Shown: positions 1 through 7,979, counted from the stretch's first letter. The stretch is 32,000 nucleotides of DNA from Nostoc sp. PCC 7120 = FACHB-418 (GCF_000009705.1 NC_003272.1:990001-1022000), one strand, 5' to 3'. Numbers and translations are program-made. The notes: generated by a model from the sequence alone, not told the origin.

Positions 1-1105
1 CATCATGAAAAATTGTGATTTTATGAGGTGTGCCATCACTAGGAATATTACCACCACCATGAAGTTTAAATGTGACGATACTTCCTTCTTTGGAGACCTC
101 CGCCGCGATATTTTCTGCTGAAATCAAACTATCATCGGCTGTTTCTGCTTCATCTTCTGCGGGAATTCCTGCCCCAGATGGAACAGTCGTAGTTGATATG
201 GTGGGCAAAGAAGGGCTGGCGGCTAATTGTCGTCGCGATCGCCATACTTGAGGAGTTGGTGCGTCAATATACCAAGGTTTGAGTTTGGGTGGTAGTGTAC
301 CTAATCCTGGTTTGGCTGTAGATAAGGTAAGTGCCACATCTAGCCAATCTTCCCCTGTATTTTGGTTGACTTCAGCAAGGTAACTCAAATTTACGGTCTT
401 ATTTGTACTATTTAACCGTAAGTCATATAAGGGAGTCCAACTGGCATGATTCACCACGTAAGACACTTCCAGATCAAATTCACCTTCCCCCATAGCTTCA
501 ATTAGTGCAATCAAACTCACACTTTCTTGGGGATGGGGTGTTTGGATCATCTGCAAAGAGGCGCGGAGTGCTTGTATTTGCTTGTCTAATTCTTGTTGTT
601 GGCTTTTACATTCCCCAGAGGCGATCGCATATTCGCTGTACTGGCTGCCTAAAAAGTTGAGAAAATCTAGAGTTTCGCTGAGGCTGAGATTTTTCCGCGA
701 TAGGCTTTGAGCAAACGGTTCTTCTGTCTTTTCCCGTAAACCTTCAATAAACTTAGCTTGTAAAGATAAAGCATCTACCTGGGCTTGCAGATGGCGTTTT
801 TCCGTTTCTAATTGCTGAATTTGCCGATTTAAATGGGCGGCTCGTTCGGCCACAGGTTCAGTGGTATAGATGCGATCGCAGTTTACTCCCAACAAGCGCA
901 CCCCTACTGTACCTGCACCACTAACCCGAACAGAATCAGTTTCTAGAGTTACTGGCAGTGAATTAATCACCAATTCTCGTTCCGTTCCTGATAAGGAAAC
1001 CTTACCCTTTCGTGTAACTAAGGCTTTGTCACTGTAAACTGTCACCGCTACAATCTGACTGTGTACTGTTGTTCGCCAAGATGGTGTTTCTTCCGGGTTA
1101 ACCAC
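1..1105 (-). CDS. DUF4140/DUF4139-family protein (TIGR02231-like, MuiA-type). About 368 N-terminal codons are present; the C-terminus lies beyond the window start.
   Basis: It is absent from the ORF track because it runs off the edge. Hand translation of the minus strand from GTG at 1105-1103 (in-frame TAA seven codons upstream) stays open to position 1. The translation reads VVNPEETPSWRTTVHSQIVAVTVYSDKALVTRKGKVSLSGTERELVINSLPVTLETDSVRVSGAG..., then a coiled-coil-like segment (QQLETEKRHLQAQVDALSLQ), then ...SWTPLYDLRLNS.... The family assignment is by recollection of DUF4139 proteins. Confidence 0.7.
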   Translation of the reverse strand, partial: MVNPEETPSWRTTVHSQIVAVTVYSDKALVTRKGKVSLSGTERELVINSLPVTLETDSVRVSGAGTVGVRLLGVNCDRIYTTEPVAERAAHLNRQIQQLETEKRHLQAQVDALSLQAKFIEGLREKTEEPFAQSLSRKNLSLSETLDFLNFLGSQYSEYAIASGECKSQQQELDKQIQALRASLQMIQTPHPQESVSLIALIEAMGEGEFDLEVSYVVNHASWTPLYDLRLNSTNKTVNLSYLAEVNQNTGEDWLDVALTLSTAKPGLGTLPPKLKPWYIDAPTPQVWRSRRQLAASPSLPTISTTTVPSGAGIPAEDEAETADDSLISAENIAAEVSKEGSIVTFKLHGGGNIPSDGTPHKITIFHD

Positions 1106-1306
1106 TGCCAGTTTTTCCCTATGTTAAATGACGCTGCTGGTTAATTGTGAAATTTTCCAGGTCTACCCGTCAAGTAATTTGAAATGAATTGTCAGTATTG
1201 AGAGTCATGAGATATGTAAAGCCTCGTGGACATAGCTGCGGAATGTGTAGTCGGTGCTGAGTTAGGAGTAAAAATATATTTCTGATTCTCCCCCGGCCTT
1301 CTACTG

Positions 1307-2257
1307 TTACTCAACCACACTATACTCAGGCACAGCAACAGGGATATTTAGTTGCTCTGTTTGCTCTACAAACTTTTTGGCTGCATCTAGCAGATACTCA
1401 TAGTAGGTACGAGCCACAATCGATAACTGTTTACCCGATGGGTAAACCATGTACCAAGTCCGCTTAATGGGGAAGTGCTGCACGTCCAGAATGCTGAATT
1501 CGGCGGCATCAGATAATAGGGTATGTCGAGATAAAACAGAAATTCCTAGTCCACCGGCGATCGCTTGTTTGATTGCCTCATTACTACCTAATTCCAGCTT
1601 CACTTTGACGGAAACACCTTGTTCTTCCAGTAGATTTTGTACAGCACGGCGTGTTCCCGAACCCGGTTCCCGCATAATAAAGGGTTCACTGGACAACCGT
1701 TGTATGGGAATATTTTTTTCTTGTGCTAGTGGATGATTTGCAGGAGCAAATACTACTAAAGGATTATCTAAAAATGGCTGACTAGTTACATCCAAATGCT
1801 CTGGGACTTGACTCATAATATACAAGTCATCCATGTTACTCATCATCCGCTCTAGGATGCGTTCGTGGTTTGTGACTTGCAAGGAAATGTCAATGCCTGG
1901 ATAAAGTTGGCAAAAAGGCCCCAATAAGCGGGGAATAAAATATTTAGCAGTGGTAATTACTGCTAATCTTAATTGCCCTTGTTTTAGCCCTTTTAAATCA
2001 GCTACTTTCATCTCAAACTGGGCTATTGTCTCAAAGATCTGCCGACAGGTTGCGAATAATTCTCGTCCCGCTTCGGTCAAATATAAGCGCTTTCCCACCT
2101 GCTCAAATAGTGGTAAACCTACAGATTTTGTCAGCTGCTTGATTTGCATGGAGACGGTAGGTTGGGTGAGAAATAACTCCTCAGCAGCACGAGTAAAGCT
2201 ACCGTGCCGTGCCGCAGCCTCGAACACCTTCAACTGGTGTAGCGTTGCTTGGTTCAA
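1307..2257 (-). CDS. LysR-type transcriptional regulator of the CbbR/CmpR clade (CCM regulator)
   Basis: 316-aa ORF. The N-terminal HTH (LHQLKVFEAAARHGSFTRAAEELFLTQPTVSMQIKQL) resembles CmpR/CbbR-type LTTRs as I recall them. The start codon is TTG at 2257-2255, preceded by a strong SD (GAGGAG, 7 nt upstream). It lies next to the ccm operon. Confidence 0.9.
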   Translation of the reverse strand: MNQATLHQLKVFEAAARHGSFTRAAEELFLTQPTVSMQIKQLTKSVGLPLFEQVGKRLYLTEAGRELFATCRQIFETIAQFEMKVADLKGLKQGQLRLAVITTAKYFIPRLLGPFCQLYPGIDISLQVTNHERILERMMSNMDDLYIMSQVPEHLDVTSQPFLDNPLVVFAPANHPLAQEKNIPIQRLSSEPFIMREPGSGTRRAVQNLLEEQGVSVKVKLELGSNEAIKQAIAGGLGISVLSRHTLLSDAAEFSILDVQHFPIKRTWYMVYPSGKQLSIVARTYYEYLLDAAKKFVEQTEQLNIPVAVPEYSVVE

Positions 2258-2298
2258 GGTAATTCTCCTCTAATAGCGATTTTATAGATATAAGACTA

Positions 2299-2312
2299 GT
2301 ATCACTGAATAC
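2299..2312. promoter_or_regulatory. Perfect NtcA-type box GTA-N8-TAC (gtatcactgaatac) upstream of the LysR gene
   Basis: Read directly from the sequence. It ends 41 bp upstream of the TTG start. A near-dyad ATAG-N8-CTAG (2284-2299) abuts it. On the gene strand the nearest TAN3T hexamer (taaaat) is only 14 nt downstream rather than the canonical ~22 nt, so the promoter architecture is uncertain. Confidence 0.4.
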
Positions 2313-2357
2313 TTGCACATGATATTAATTCACCCATACGAAAGTCATGAGTTTATC

Positions 2358-2387
2358 ATAGATAAAAATCTATCTTTGCTATCAGAA
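2358..2387. promoter_or_regulatory. 30-bp repeat unit 1, carrying the perfect dyad ATAGAT-N4-ATCTAT (ATAG-N8-CTAT); candidate LTTR operator
   Basis: The sequence is atagataaaaatctatctttgctatcagaa. It is 27/30 identical to the unit at 2497-2526. The dyad spans 2358-2373. Confidence 0.5.
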
Positions 2388-2496
2388 GGAGATGAATTTG
2401 CTTATAGATAAAGAAATTCATTCTCGTTATAAGTATGATTAAACCTCGAAAACTATAAGATTTTCTGACTGTTTGTAGTTTTGAAAACTCTTTTAT

Positions 2497-2526
2497 ATAG
2501 ATAAAAATCTATTCTCGCTATCAGAA
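2497..2526. promoter_or_regulatory. 30-bp repeat unit 2, carrying the perfect dyad ATAGAT-N4-ATCTAT (ATAG-N8-CTAT); candidate LTTR operator
   Basis: The sequence is atagataaaaatctattctcgctatcagaa. The dyad spans 2497-2512. It lies 139 bp from unit 1. Confidence 0.5.
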
Positions 2527-2677
2527 CAAACTTCTTCCACTTATAGTGTAGAAAAGTTATTATCAAAAAAACAAGCAAAGCGTAAGATGCCTTCCAGCTG
2601 CAAGATGAATGTTGAATACTAGATACAGTAATGTTGAATCAGGATATTTCCAAATTCACTTTTATTTTAGTTAGTAC

Positions 2678-2698
2678 TTCATCATTCATCATTCATCG
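2678..2698. repeat. Heptamer tandem repeat (ttcatca x3, last copy ttcatcg) spanning the ccmO stop codon
   Basis: Read directly from the sequence. It is an STRR-like heptanucleotide repeat of the kind typical of heterocystous cyanobacteria. Confidence 0.6.
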
Positions 2699-3471
2699 TT
2701 CCATACTTCTTCTGTGATTTTCATAGGTAAAGCGGCTAAGTCTGGTAACTGTAACACTTCCCTTTCGGCAACTTGTTCTCTGATGTTTACCGGCAATCTC
2801 AAAGGTTGCTGATGCTCGATCCAGCAACTGGCGATCGGCAGGGTTTGCTCCAATTCATCTAATGGTCGAGGAATTACCATAACTGCGTTCAGTTCCCCAA
2901 TTCGTTCCGCCTCAAACATTCCTGCTTCTACCGCGACTGCGACGTTAGCAACAGAGCCACGAATAATGGCTGTACACAAGCCCGCACCAATTTTTTCATA
3001 GGATGCCAACTGCACATCGGCCGATTTGAGCATGGCATCACAAGCACCTACCATTGCTGGAAAGCCCCGCGTTTCTACTAAACCAATTGCTTGGTTGCTC
3101 AATCGGCTGTATGTACCTTCTTCCATTAACTGGCTCAAGCGGTTAGTAATGGGCAAGACGACATCAAGATTGGGAAAAGGGCGGGGAATCACTAGGCTAG
3201 AAACCAGTTGTCCAAACTGTTCAGCAGTTTGCACACCGGATTCTACAGCCAGGCGAACATCAGCAATCCCACCTCTGACGATCGCCGTACAGTGACCACT
3301 GCCAATTTTTTCATAACCAACCAGGTGAACCCCAGCTGATTTCAACATCATGTCAGCTGTCCCCACGATCGCCGGAAAACTAAGAGTAGAGACTAACCCC
3401 AAGGCTGTGTCCCTGAGGTCGTCTTGACGACGATATGTCTGGTTTGTGCTAGTAGATCGCTGATTATACAT
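2689..3471 (-). CDS. ccmO: Carboxysome shell protein CcmO (tandem BMC domains)
   Basis: Two BMC-like domains are present (ALGLVSTLSFPAIVGTADMMLKSAGV... and AIGLVETRGFPAMVGACDAMLKSADV...). It is the last gene of the ccm operon. ATG at 3471 has GGAG 8 nt upstream. The track's longer ORF starts at GTG 3504, directly abutting the ccmN stop, and remains an alternative. Confidence 0.9.
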   Translation of the reverse strand: MYNQRSTSTNQTYRRQDDLRDTALGLVSTLSFPAIVGTADMMLKSAGVHLVGYEKIGSGHCTAIVRGGIADVRLAVESGVQTAEQFGQLVSSLVIPRPFPNLDVVLPITNRLSQLMEEGTYSRLSNQAIGLVETRGFPAMVGACDAMLKSADVQLASYEKIGAGLCTAIIRGSVANVAVAVEAGMFEAERIGELNAVMVIPRPLDELEQTLPIASCWIEHQQPLRLPVNIREQVAEREVLQLPDLAALPMKITEEVWNDE

Positions 3472-3504
3472 CGTAAATTCTCCGAGATACTCACAACTTA
3501 ACAC

Positions 3505-4251
3505 TTACTCAGAGCTATCGTCAGAGACAGGGTTATTTAGGGCTTGTCTATGAGGAAACAATGTTACCAAAAGTCTTTGGATGCTCCCTTGCCCATAAAT
3601 TTGAGTCCCGAAACTATTAGGGGATTCAGTGGCAGGTTGATCCGATGCTGAATCTTCTGGGCTAAGTTCTGTCACATTAGGGTCAGTCCCATTAGTAGTA
3701 TTTTCTTCTACGGTAGCAGACTGATTCTCTGATGATGGCGGGGGTTCTGTTACAGAAACCGAATGCTGTTTAAATTCCACAAAAGCTGATGCTGAAAGGG
3801 TAGTTGAGGTAATCACCTTACTTTCATTTTCTTTAGGCTTTTGGGTAGTCTCACCAACCTGATTCTTAGATGTTGATGGTGATTGGGTAGCAGCAACTTG
3901 CCGCGTGGTATCACCTAAAATCGAACCTGGTGGCACTACTAAGGCTGGAGGAATAGAAGAGTTAAATAATGTTGTGGCTGCACCGATGCAAGCATTGATG
4001 CCAATTTTGCCTTGACCAACCATCAAAAAACCTGCTCCTAAGCTGGCTCCTGCTTCTACTTCTATGGTTCCCTCATCCACTTGGAGAATAGACCCCATGC
4101 CAATACAGACCCCTGCCCCGATGATGATTTTGCTGTTTGCAGCCGCTTGGAGTATCACCCCTGGTGCAATTACTGCACTCGGATGAATTGTCACCTCGCC
4201 ACTAATGTATGAATCAAAGTTGTTGTGGAGGCGTAGTGGCGGCACAGACAT
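3505..4251 (-). CDS. ccmN: Carboxysome assembly protein CcmN
   Basis: It has an N-terminal left-handed beta-helix-like hexapeptide region, a long S/T/P/E/N-rich linker and a C-terminal amphipathic peptide (GSIQRLLVTLF) typical of the CcmN encapsulation peptide. It sits between ccmM and ccmO. Confidence 0.88.
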   Translation of the reverse strand: MSVPPLRLHNNFDSYISGEVTIHPSAVIAPGVILQAAANSKIIIGAGVCIGMGSILQVDEGTIEVEAGASLGAGFLMVGQGKIGINACIGAATTLFNSSIPPALVVPPGSILGDTTRQVAATQSPSTSKNQVGETTQKPKENESKVITSTTLSASAFVEFKQHSVSVTEPPPSSENQSATVEENTTNGTDPNVTELSPEDSASDQPATESPNSFGTQIYGQGSIQRLLVTLFPHRQALNNPVSDDSSE

Positions 4252-4284
4252 GGAAATTTTAACCTCGGAAGCCGAATATCACTT

Positions 4285-4315
4285 GGGGACTGAGGACTGG
4301 GGACTGGGGACTGGG
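4285..4315. repeat. STRR1-type heptamer repeat (ggggact x4, one copy gaggact; complement CCCCAGT) in the ccmM-ccmN spacer
   Basis: Read directly from the sequence. It matches the STRR1 consensus CCCCAGT described for Calothrix/Anabaena. Confidence 0.75.
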
Positions 4316-4400
4316 AAGGGGGAAATGGGGGGAATTTTCTCCCTGGTGGCCATAATCCTTGTTTCCCTAGTCTCTCATTCCTCGCTCCTTGTCCCTTCTA

Positions 4401-6068
4401 CTATGGACGCTGAATGATTGTTTCCAACACTCGCCGCTTGGCTTTGGGGTCGATACCAATCAAGCGCACATATTCTCCAGCAAATTCGGATAAGGAGGCT
4501 TCTATGACTGCGATCGCTTCTCTTTCGGAAGTAGCTGAAATTGCTCCGGTACTACTCCAAGAACCAGTACGGAATCTTCTTTGATCTACGTGTTCAATAC
4601 TGAGTTTATACCCGCCACCCAGTATTTGCCGCACCTGATCTACTACTTCTGTACTTAACCGAGTAGCTGTTGCGGTAGCTGTTCCGGATGAGGCAGAGGA
4701 GGCACTCACTACGGTTCTGGGACTACTCGATGGAGCTACTTGACCGTTGGGACGTTGGATAATACTTTCCAGTACACGCCGTTTAGCTTTCGGATCAATG
4801 CCGATTAGGCGGATGTACTCACCTTGATGACTGTCGATACATTCTTCTAAGGCCGCCACTACTTCGCCTGCGGAAGTTGCTTCAATTGGCTTACAGCTAT
4901 TCCAAGAACCTGTACGGAAGCGGCGCTCATCTACGTGTTCTGTGCCAATCTTGTAACCACCAGCCAATAACTGGCGAATTTGGTCTACGGTTTCAGCGCT
5001 GACTTTGCCACTAGTTGCACCGTTGCTATAACCGTTGCCATTGCCGTTGCTGTGGTAACTACCATTGCCATTGGTGTTACTAGCAGGTGCTTTGAAGCTG
5101 GTAGAACCTGCCACCACACCATCGGGACGTTGGATAATTGTTTCTAAAACTCGTCGTTTACCTTTGGGATCAATGCCAAACAAACGCACATACTCGCCAC
5201 TATGGTCAGCTAAACAAGCTTCTAAAGCTGCTAAAGCATCACCTACGGATCTAGCTTCAATCGGCTGGCAACTAGTCCAAGAACCTGTACGAAATCTTCT
5301 TTGATCTACGTGTTCTGAACCAATTTTATAGCCTTGCTCTAATAAATAGCGTACCTGCTCTATGGTTTCTGCACCCAAGCTGTTGCTTGCCACTTCACTA
5401 CTCCTTTCTAACCCAATAACTGTAGTACTTGTATAAGATTTAACTTGATCATTGCGAAGGGGGGCAATACACTTGCTATCCGCAGCACAAAGATATCCAG
5501 CCCGCAATGCTTGATTAATCCCAATTACGTGATGAGCAAAATCCCTGTCTTGGGGTTGCACATCTGGCAAGCGATCGGCCTGCTTTTGGTTAGTGATGAT
5601 CGCTCCTGACGGAACATACTTACCAGGGGGAACTTCTACGTCCTTAATTAAAGCGTGCATCATAACGATGCAACCTGCTCCTACCTTGGCATTAAATACC
5701 GTAGAGCGAAAACCAATAAACGAGTTATCCCCAACGTAAGCAGGGCCATGAATCAGCGCCATATGTGTCAAGGACGCGCTGCTACCCACCCAAACTGAGT
5801 ATTCTTTGTTGTCATCGCCAACGACTCTACCTTGCTCTAAACCGTGAATCACTACACCATCTTGAATATTGGTATTTTCACCAATATGAAAGGGTGTGCC
5901 TTCATCGGCTCTAATTGAAGTCCCTGGGGCAATGATGACATTTGCACCGATATGGACATCCCCAATAATGTTAGAAAACGGATGTACAAAGGCGCTTTCA
6001 TGGATTTGGGCTTCAGCTAAACTCCTCGACCACGGGGTTGGGGGTGCCGCCGTGCTGCGGACTGCCAT
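4401..6068 (-). CDS. ccmM: Carboxysome organising protein CcmM (gamma-carbonic-anhydrase-like domain plus three RbcS-like SSUL repeats)
   Basis: 555 aa. The N-terminal LbH/gamma-CA-like domain is followed by three repeats of the ...[23 protein letters not shown]... module, separated by low-complexity linkers. Confidence 0.95.
   Translation of the reverse strand: MAVRSTAAPPTPWSRSLAEAQIHESAFVHPFSNIIGDVHIGANVIIAPGTSIRADEGTPFHIGENTNIQDGVVIHGLEQGRVVGDDNKEYSVWVGSSASLTHMALIHGPAYVGDNSFIGFRSTVFNAKVGAGCIVMMHALIKDVEVPPGKYVPSGAIITNQKQADRLPDVQPQDRDFAHHVIGINQALRAGYLCAADSKCIAPLRNDQVKSYTSTTVIGLERSSEVASNSLGAETIEQVRYLLEQGYKIGSEHVDQRRFRTGSWTSCQPIEARSVGDALAALEACLADHSGEYVRLFGIDPKGKRRVLETIIQRPDGVVAGSTSFKAPASNTNGNGSYHSNGNGNGYSNGATSGKVSAETVDQIRQLLAGGYKIGTEHVDERRFRTGSWNSCKPIEATSAGEVVAALEECIDSHQGEYIRLIGIDPKAKRRVLESIIQRPNGQVAPSSSPRTVVSASSASSGTATATATRLSTEVVDQVRQILGGGYKLSIEHVDQRRFRTGSWSSTGAISATSEREAIAVIEASLSEFAGEYVRLIGIDPKAKRRVLETIIQRP
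5393..5405 (-). promoter_or_regulatory. Candidate internal ribosome-binding site plus in-frame GTG (codon V226) for a short CcmM (M35-like) isoform
   Basis: The minus strand reads gaAAGGAGtagtgaaGTGgca. AGGAG lies 7 nt upstream of GTG at 5393-5391. The GTG is in frame (6068-5393=675) and sits just upstream of the first SSUL repeat. Confidence 0.45.
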
Positions 6069-6088
6069 TGCGAGATTCCTCCTGAATT

Positions 6089-6123
6089 TTGTCGGTTGTC
6101 AGTTGTCAGTTGTCGGTTGTCTA
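6089..6123. repeat. Heptamer tandem repeat (ttgtcgg/ttgtcag x5) in the ccmL-ccmM spacer
   Basis: Read directly: ttgtcgg ttgtcag ttgtcag ttgtcgg ttgtcta. Confidence 0.7.
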
Positions 6124-6143
6124 ATCTTCAGTTGTTTTGCCAC

Positions 6144-6178
6144 TGACCAATGACTAACGACTAATGACTCATGACTAT
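6144..6178. repeat. STRR2-like heptamer tandem repeat (tgaccaa tgactaa cgactaa tgactca tgactat; complement TTGGTCA) abutting the ccmL stop
   Basis: Read directly. The first unit is the exact complement of the STRR2 consensus TTGGTCA. Confidence 0.7.
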
Positions 6179-6480
6179 CTATATTGGTCTTTTTTGCTGT
6201 AAATCAGACGATCTTCGACGTGAATAGTATCAATTATCGCCACTACTGCCGCATCTACAGGACGTTGCTCATTACCAAGTAATTGACGCGCCGCACTACC
6301 ACGGCTAATCAATACCCATTCGTCAAATCCTGCACCTACGCTATTATCTGCGGCTACCTCGTATTTTTGGAGGAGGTTTCCTTCTTCATCTACTAATTGC
6401 AACAACAGTAGTTTCACACCCCTAAGACTTGGATCTTTTTGGGTGCTAACTACTGTGCCACGAACTTTAGCAATTTGCAT
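6175..6480 (-). CDS. ccmL: Carboxysome vertex (pentamer) protein CcmL
   Basis: 101 aa. The MQIAKVRGTVVSTQK... EutN/CcmL-type N-terminus and its position between ccmK1 and ccmM support the call. Confidence 0.95.
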   Translation of the reverse strand: MQIAKVRGTVVSTQKDPSLRGVKLLLLQLVDEEGNLLQKYEVAADNSVGAGFDEWVLISRGSAARQLLGNEQRPVDAAVVAIIDTIHVEDRLIYSKKDQYR

Positions 6481-6486
6481 TACTAA

Positions 6487-6831
6487 TTATGGTCTTCTGC
6501 CGAAAGGACGAATTGCGTTCACATTTTCCCGAAACTGCTCTACGTCTTCGGTATAACGAATTGGCAAGACGTATTCTAAGTTTTCGTGAGGACGAGCAAT
6601 GATGTGTGTAGACAATACTTGTCCGCCGTTGACGCGTTTAACTGATTCAACACCTGCGGCTACAGATGCTTGTACTTCAGATACGTCGCCTCTAACGATT
6701 ACTGTTACCCGACCGCTACCAATTTTCTCGTAGCCTACTAGAGTGACACGAGCGGCTTTCACCATCGCGTCTGCTGCTTCTACCACTGCTGGAAAGCCTA
6801 GCGTTTCTACCATTCCCACTGCAATAGACAT
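6487..6831 (-). CDS. ccmK1: Carboxysome shell protein CcmK1 (BMC-H with a short C-terminal extension)
   Basis: 114 aa. [38 protein letters not shown]... is a canonical BMC domain. It is the second gene of the operon and is longer than its paralogue, as in the K2-K1 order known from Synechocystis. Confidence 0.93.
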   Translation of the reverse strand: MSIAVGMVETLGFPAVVEAADAMVKAARVTLVGYEKIGSGRVTVIVRGDVSEVQASVAAGVESVKRVNGGQVLSTHIIARPHENLEYVLPIRYTEDVEQFRENVNAIRPFGRRP

Positions 6832-6962
6832 TTCTTTTTGATTCCCAAATAAAGTTTCTAGCCTTGGATTCCAGTCATGCTCAAGACGGCAACCCCATCA
6901 ATGTGTTTTTTTACTCGGCTTTTGGCACAGCGCAGTGTAAAGAAAACTACCATTCAAGATTG

Positions 6963-6995
6963 ATAAAAAGCTTGCCTACTAACTCAGCTTTTTAT
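6963..6995 (-). other. Intercistronic stem-loop (9-bp perfect stem ataaaaagc/gctttttat, 15-nt loop) just downstream of ccmK2
   Basis: Read directly. It lies 18 nt after the ccmK2 stop in a 181-bp spacer. No clean U-tract follows it on the transcribed strand. Confidence 0.4.
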
Positions 6996-7012
6996 CTTCT
7001 CCTGTAGTGTTG

Positions 7013-7321
7013 TTAGGTGCGGAACTGTTCTACGGCTTCTGTATAACGAATCGGTAAGACATATTCCAGGTTTTCATGGGGGCGAGCAATGATGTGGGTA
7101 GATACTACTTCACCACCATTTACTCTTCTTGCGGCTTCTATGCCAGCAGCTACGGAGGCTTGTACCTCAGAGACATCCCCCCGCACAATTACGGTGACTC
7201 TAGCACTCCCAATTTTTTCATATCCTACCAAAGTTACGCGGGCAGCTTTCACCATCGCGTCAGCAGCTTCTACTACTGCGGGAAAGCCTTTAGTCTCAAT
7301 CATTCCAACTGCAATTGGCAT
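7013..7321 (-). CDS. ccmK2: Carboxysome shell protein CcmK2 (BMC-H)
   Basis: The protein begins [38 protein letters not shown]... (102 aa from ATG at 7321). The track ORF extends 9 codons further upstream, but BMC-H proteins start at this conserved M-(P/S)-IAVGM. Confidence 0.93.
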   Translation of the reverse strand: MPIAVGMIETKGFPAVVEAADAMVKAARVTLVGYEKIGSARVTVIVRGDVSEVQASVAAGIEAARRVNGGEVVSTHIIARPHENLEYVLPIRYTEAVEQFRT

Positions 7322-7979
7322 CGCAGAACTCCTAAAAAATGAATCCAATCAGTACTGTGATTTGAAATTTTGGACGGGGAAGCTCATCTTGAGCTGTCAA
7401 AACACTTCCAAAATAAGCATAGAAAAGCTTGGCGTTTCTGGCAATATAAATTAGTATAATAGTTTATGATAAAAAAGTTTAAAAAAACTTAATAAATATT
7501 TATGGCGTGGTTGTTAGCAATGAAAGTTCATTGATTCCTAGAGCAACCGCTTATGCTTTATAATTTTTTTATGTCATTCATAAAAAGACATTGATAATCA
7601 GGACTAACTCTATCTTGCGAGGAGTGTTCAGAGGCTGTATGTTTTACTGTTTCTGTCTTTCCTCTATTTTTTAGGGCAGTTCAATGTTGCCTAAAAAATG
7701 TATAAGTTTTATTAATATGTTAGATAAATTAATTTACTTAAGACAGAAACAGTGCCTTGGGAGCAGAAAGAAAGATTTAATAAAAGCGAACATTTTTTCA
7801 GAAAGAAACCTATAGTCAATTAAACCTTAGTAAGGGAGCATAATTACAAAATAATCGTTTAAGTTTAGTGAAAAGAAAGTTAAAAAAAGCATATTTTTTG
7901 GCAAATTTTATTTTTTTTAGTAAATGATTGTTTTAAGAGTTTTAGAAAAGTTAAGGCTGAGTCTTCAAGGGAAATCTAA

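Noticed and set aside
4285-6178. Short tandem repeats, considered as possible CRISPR arrays
   Set aside because: The units are 7 bp, directly abutting and without spacers, which makes them STRR heptamers. The window has no 25-40 bp repeat/spacer architecture and no cas genes.
7322-7348. A nine-codon N-terminal extension of ccmK2 in the track ORF (MDSFFRSSA-)
   Set aside because: BMC-H proteins start at the conserved M-P/S-IAVGM. The extension comes from a longest-ORF call with a non-canonical upstream start.
1449-7454. Antisense ORFs inside the LysR gene, ccmO, ccmN/M and ccmK2 (1449-1736, 1950-2273, 3026-3295, 4205-4417, 5065-5304, 5896-6153, 7076-7342, 7089-7454)
   Set aside because: All overlap well-supported conserved genes on the opposite strand and have Ser/Cys/Arg-rich, non-protein-like translations.
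7684-7815. A 43-codon basic mini-ORF (MLPKKCISFINMLDKLIYLRQKQCLGSRKKDLIKANIFSERNL) in the ccmK2/ndhF3 control region
   Set aside because: It has no SD, sits in AT-rich sequence and has a composition typical of chance ORFs. I would reconsider it only with Ribo-seq support.
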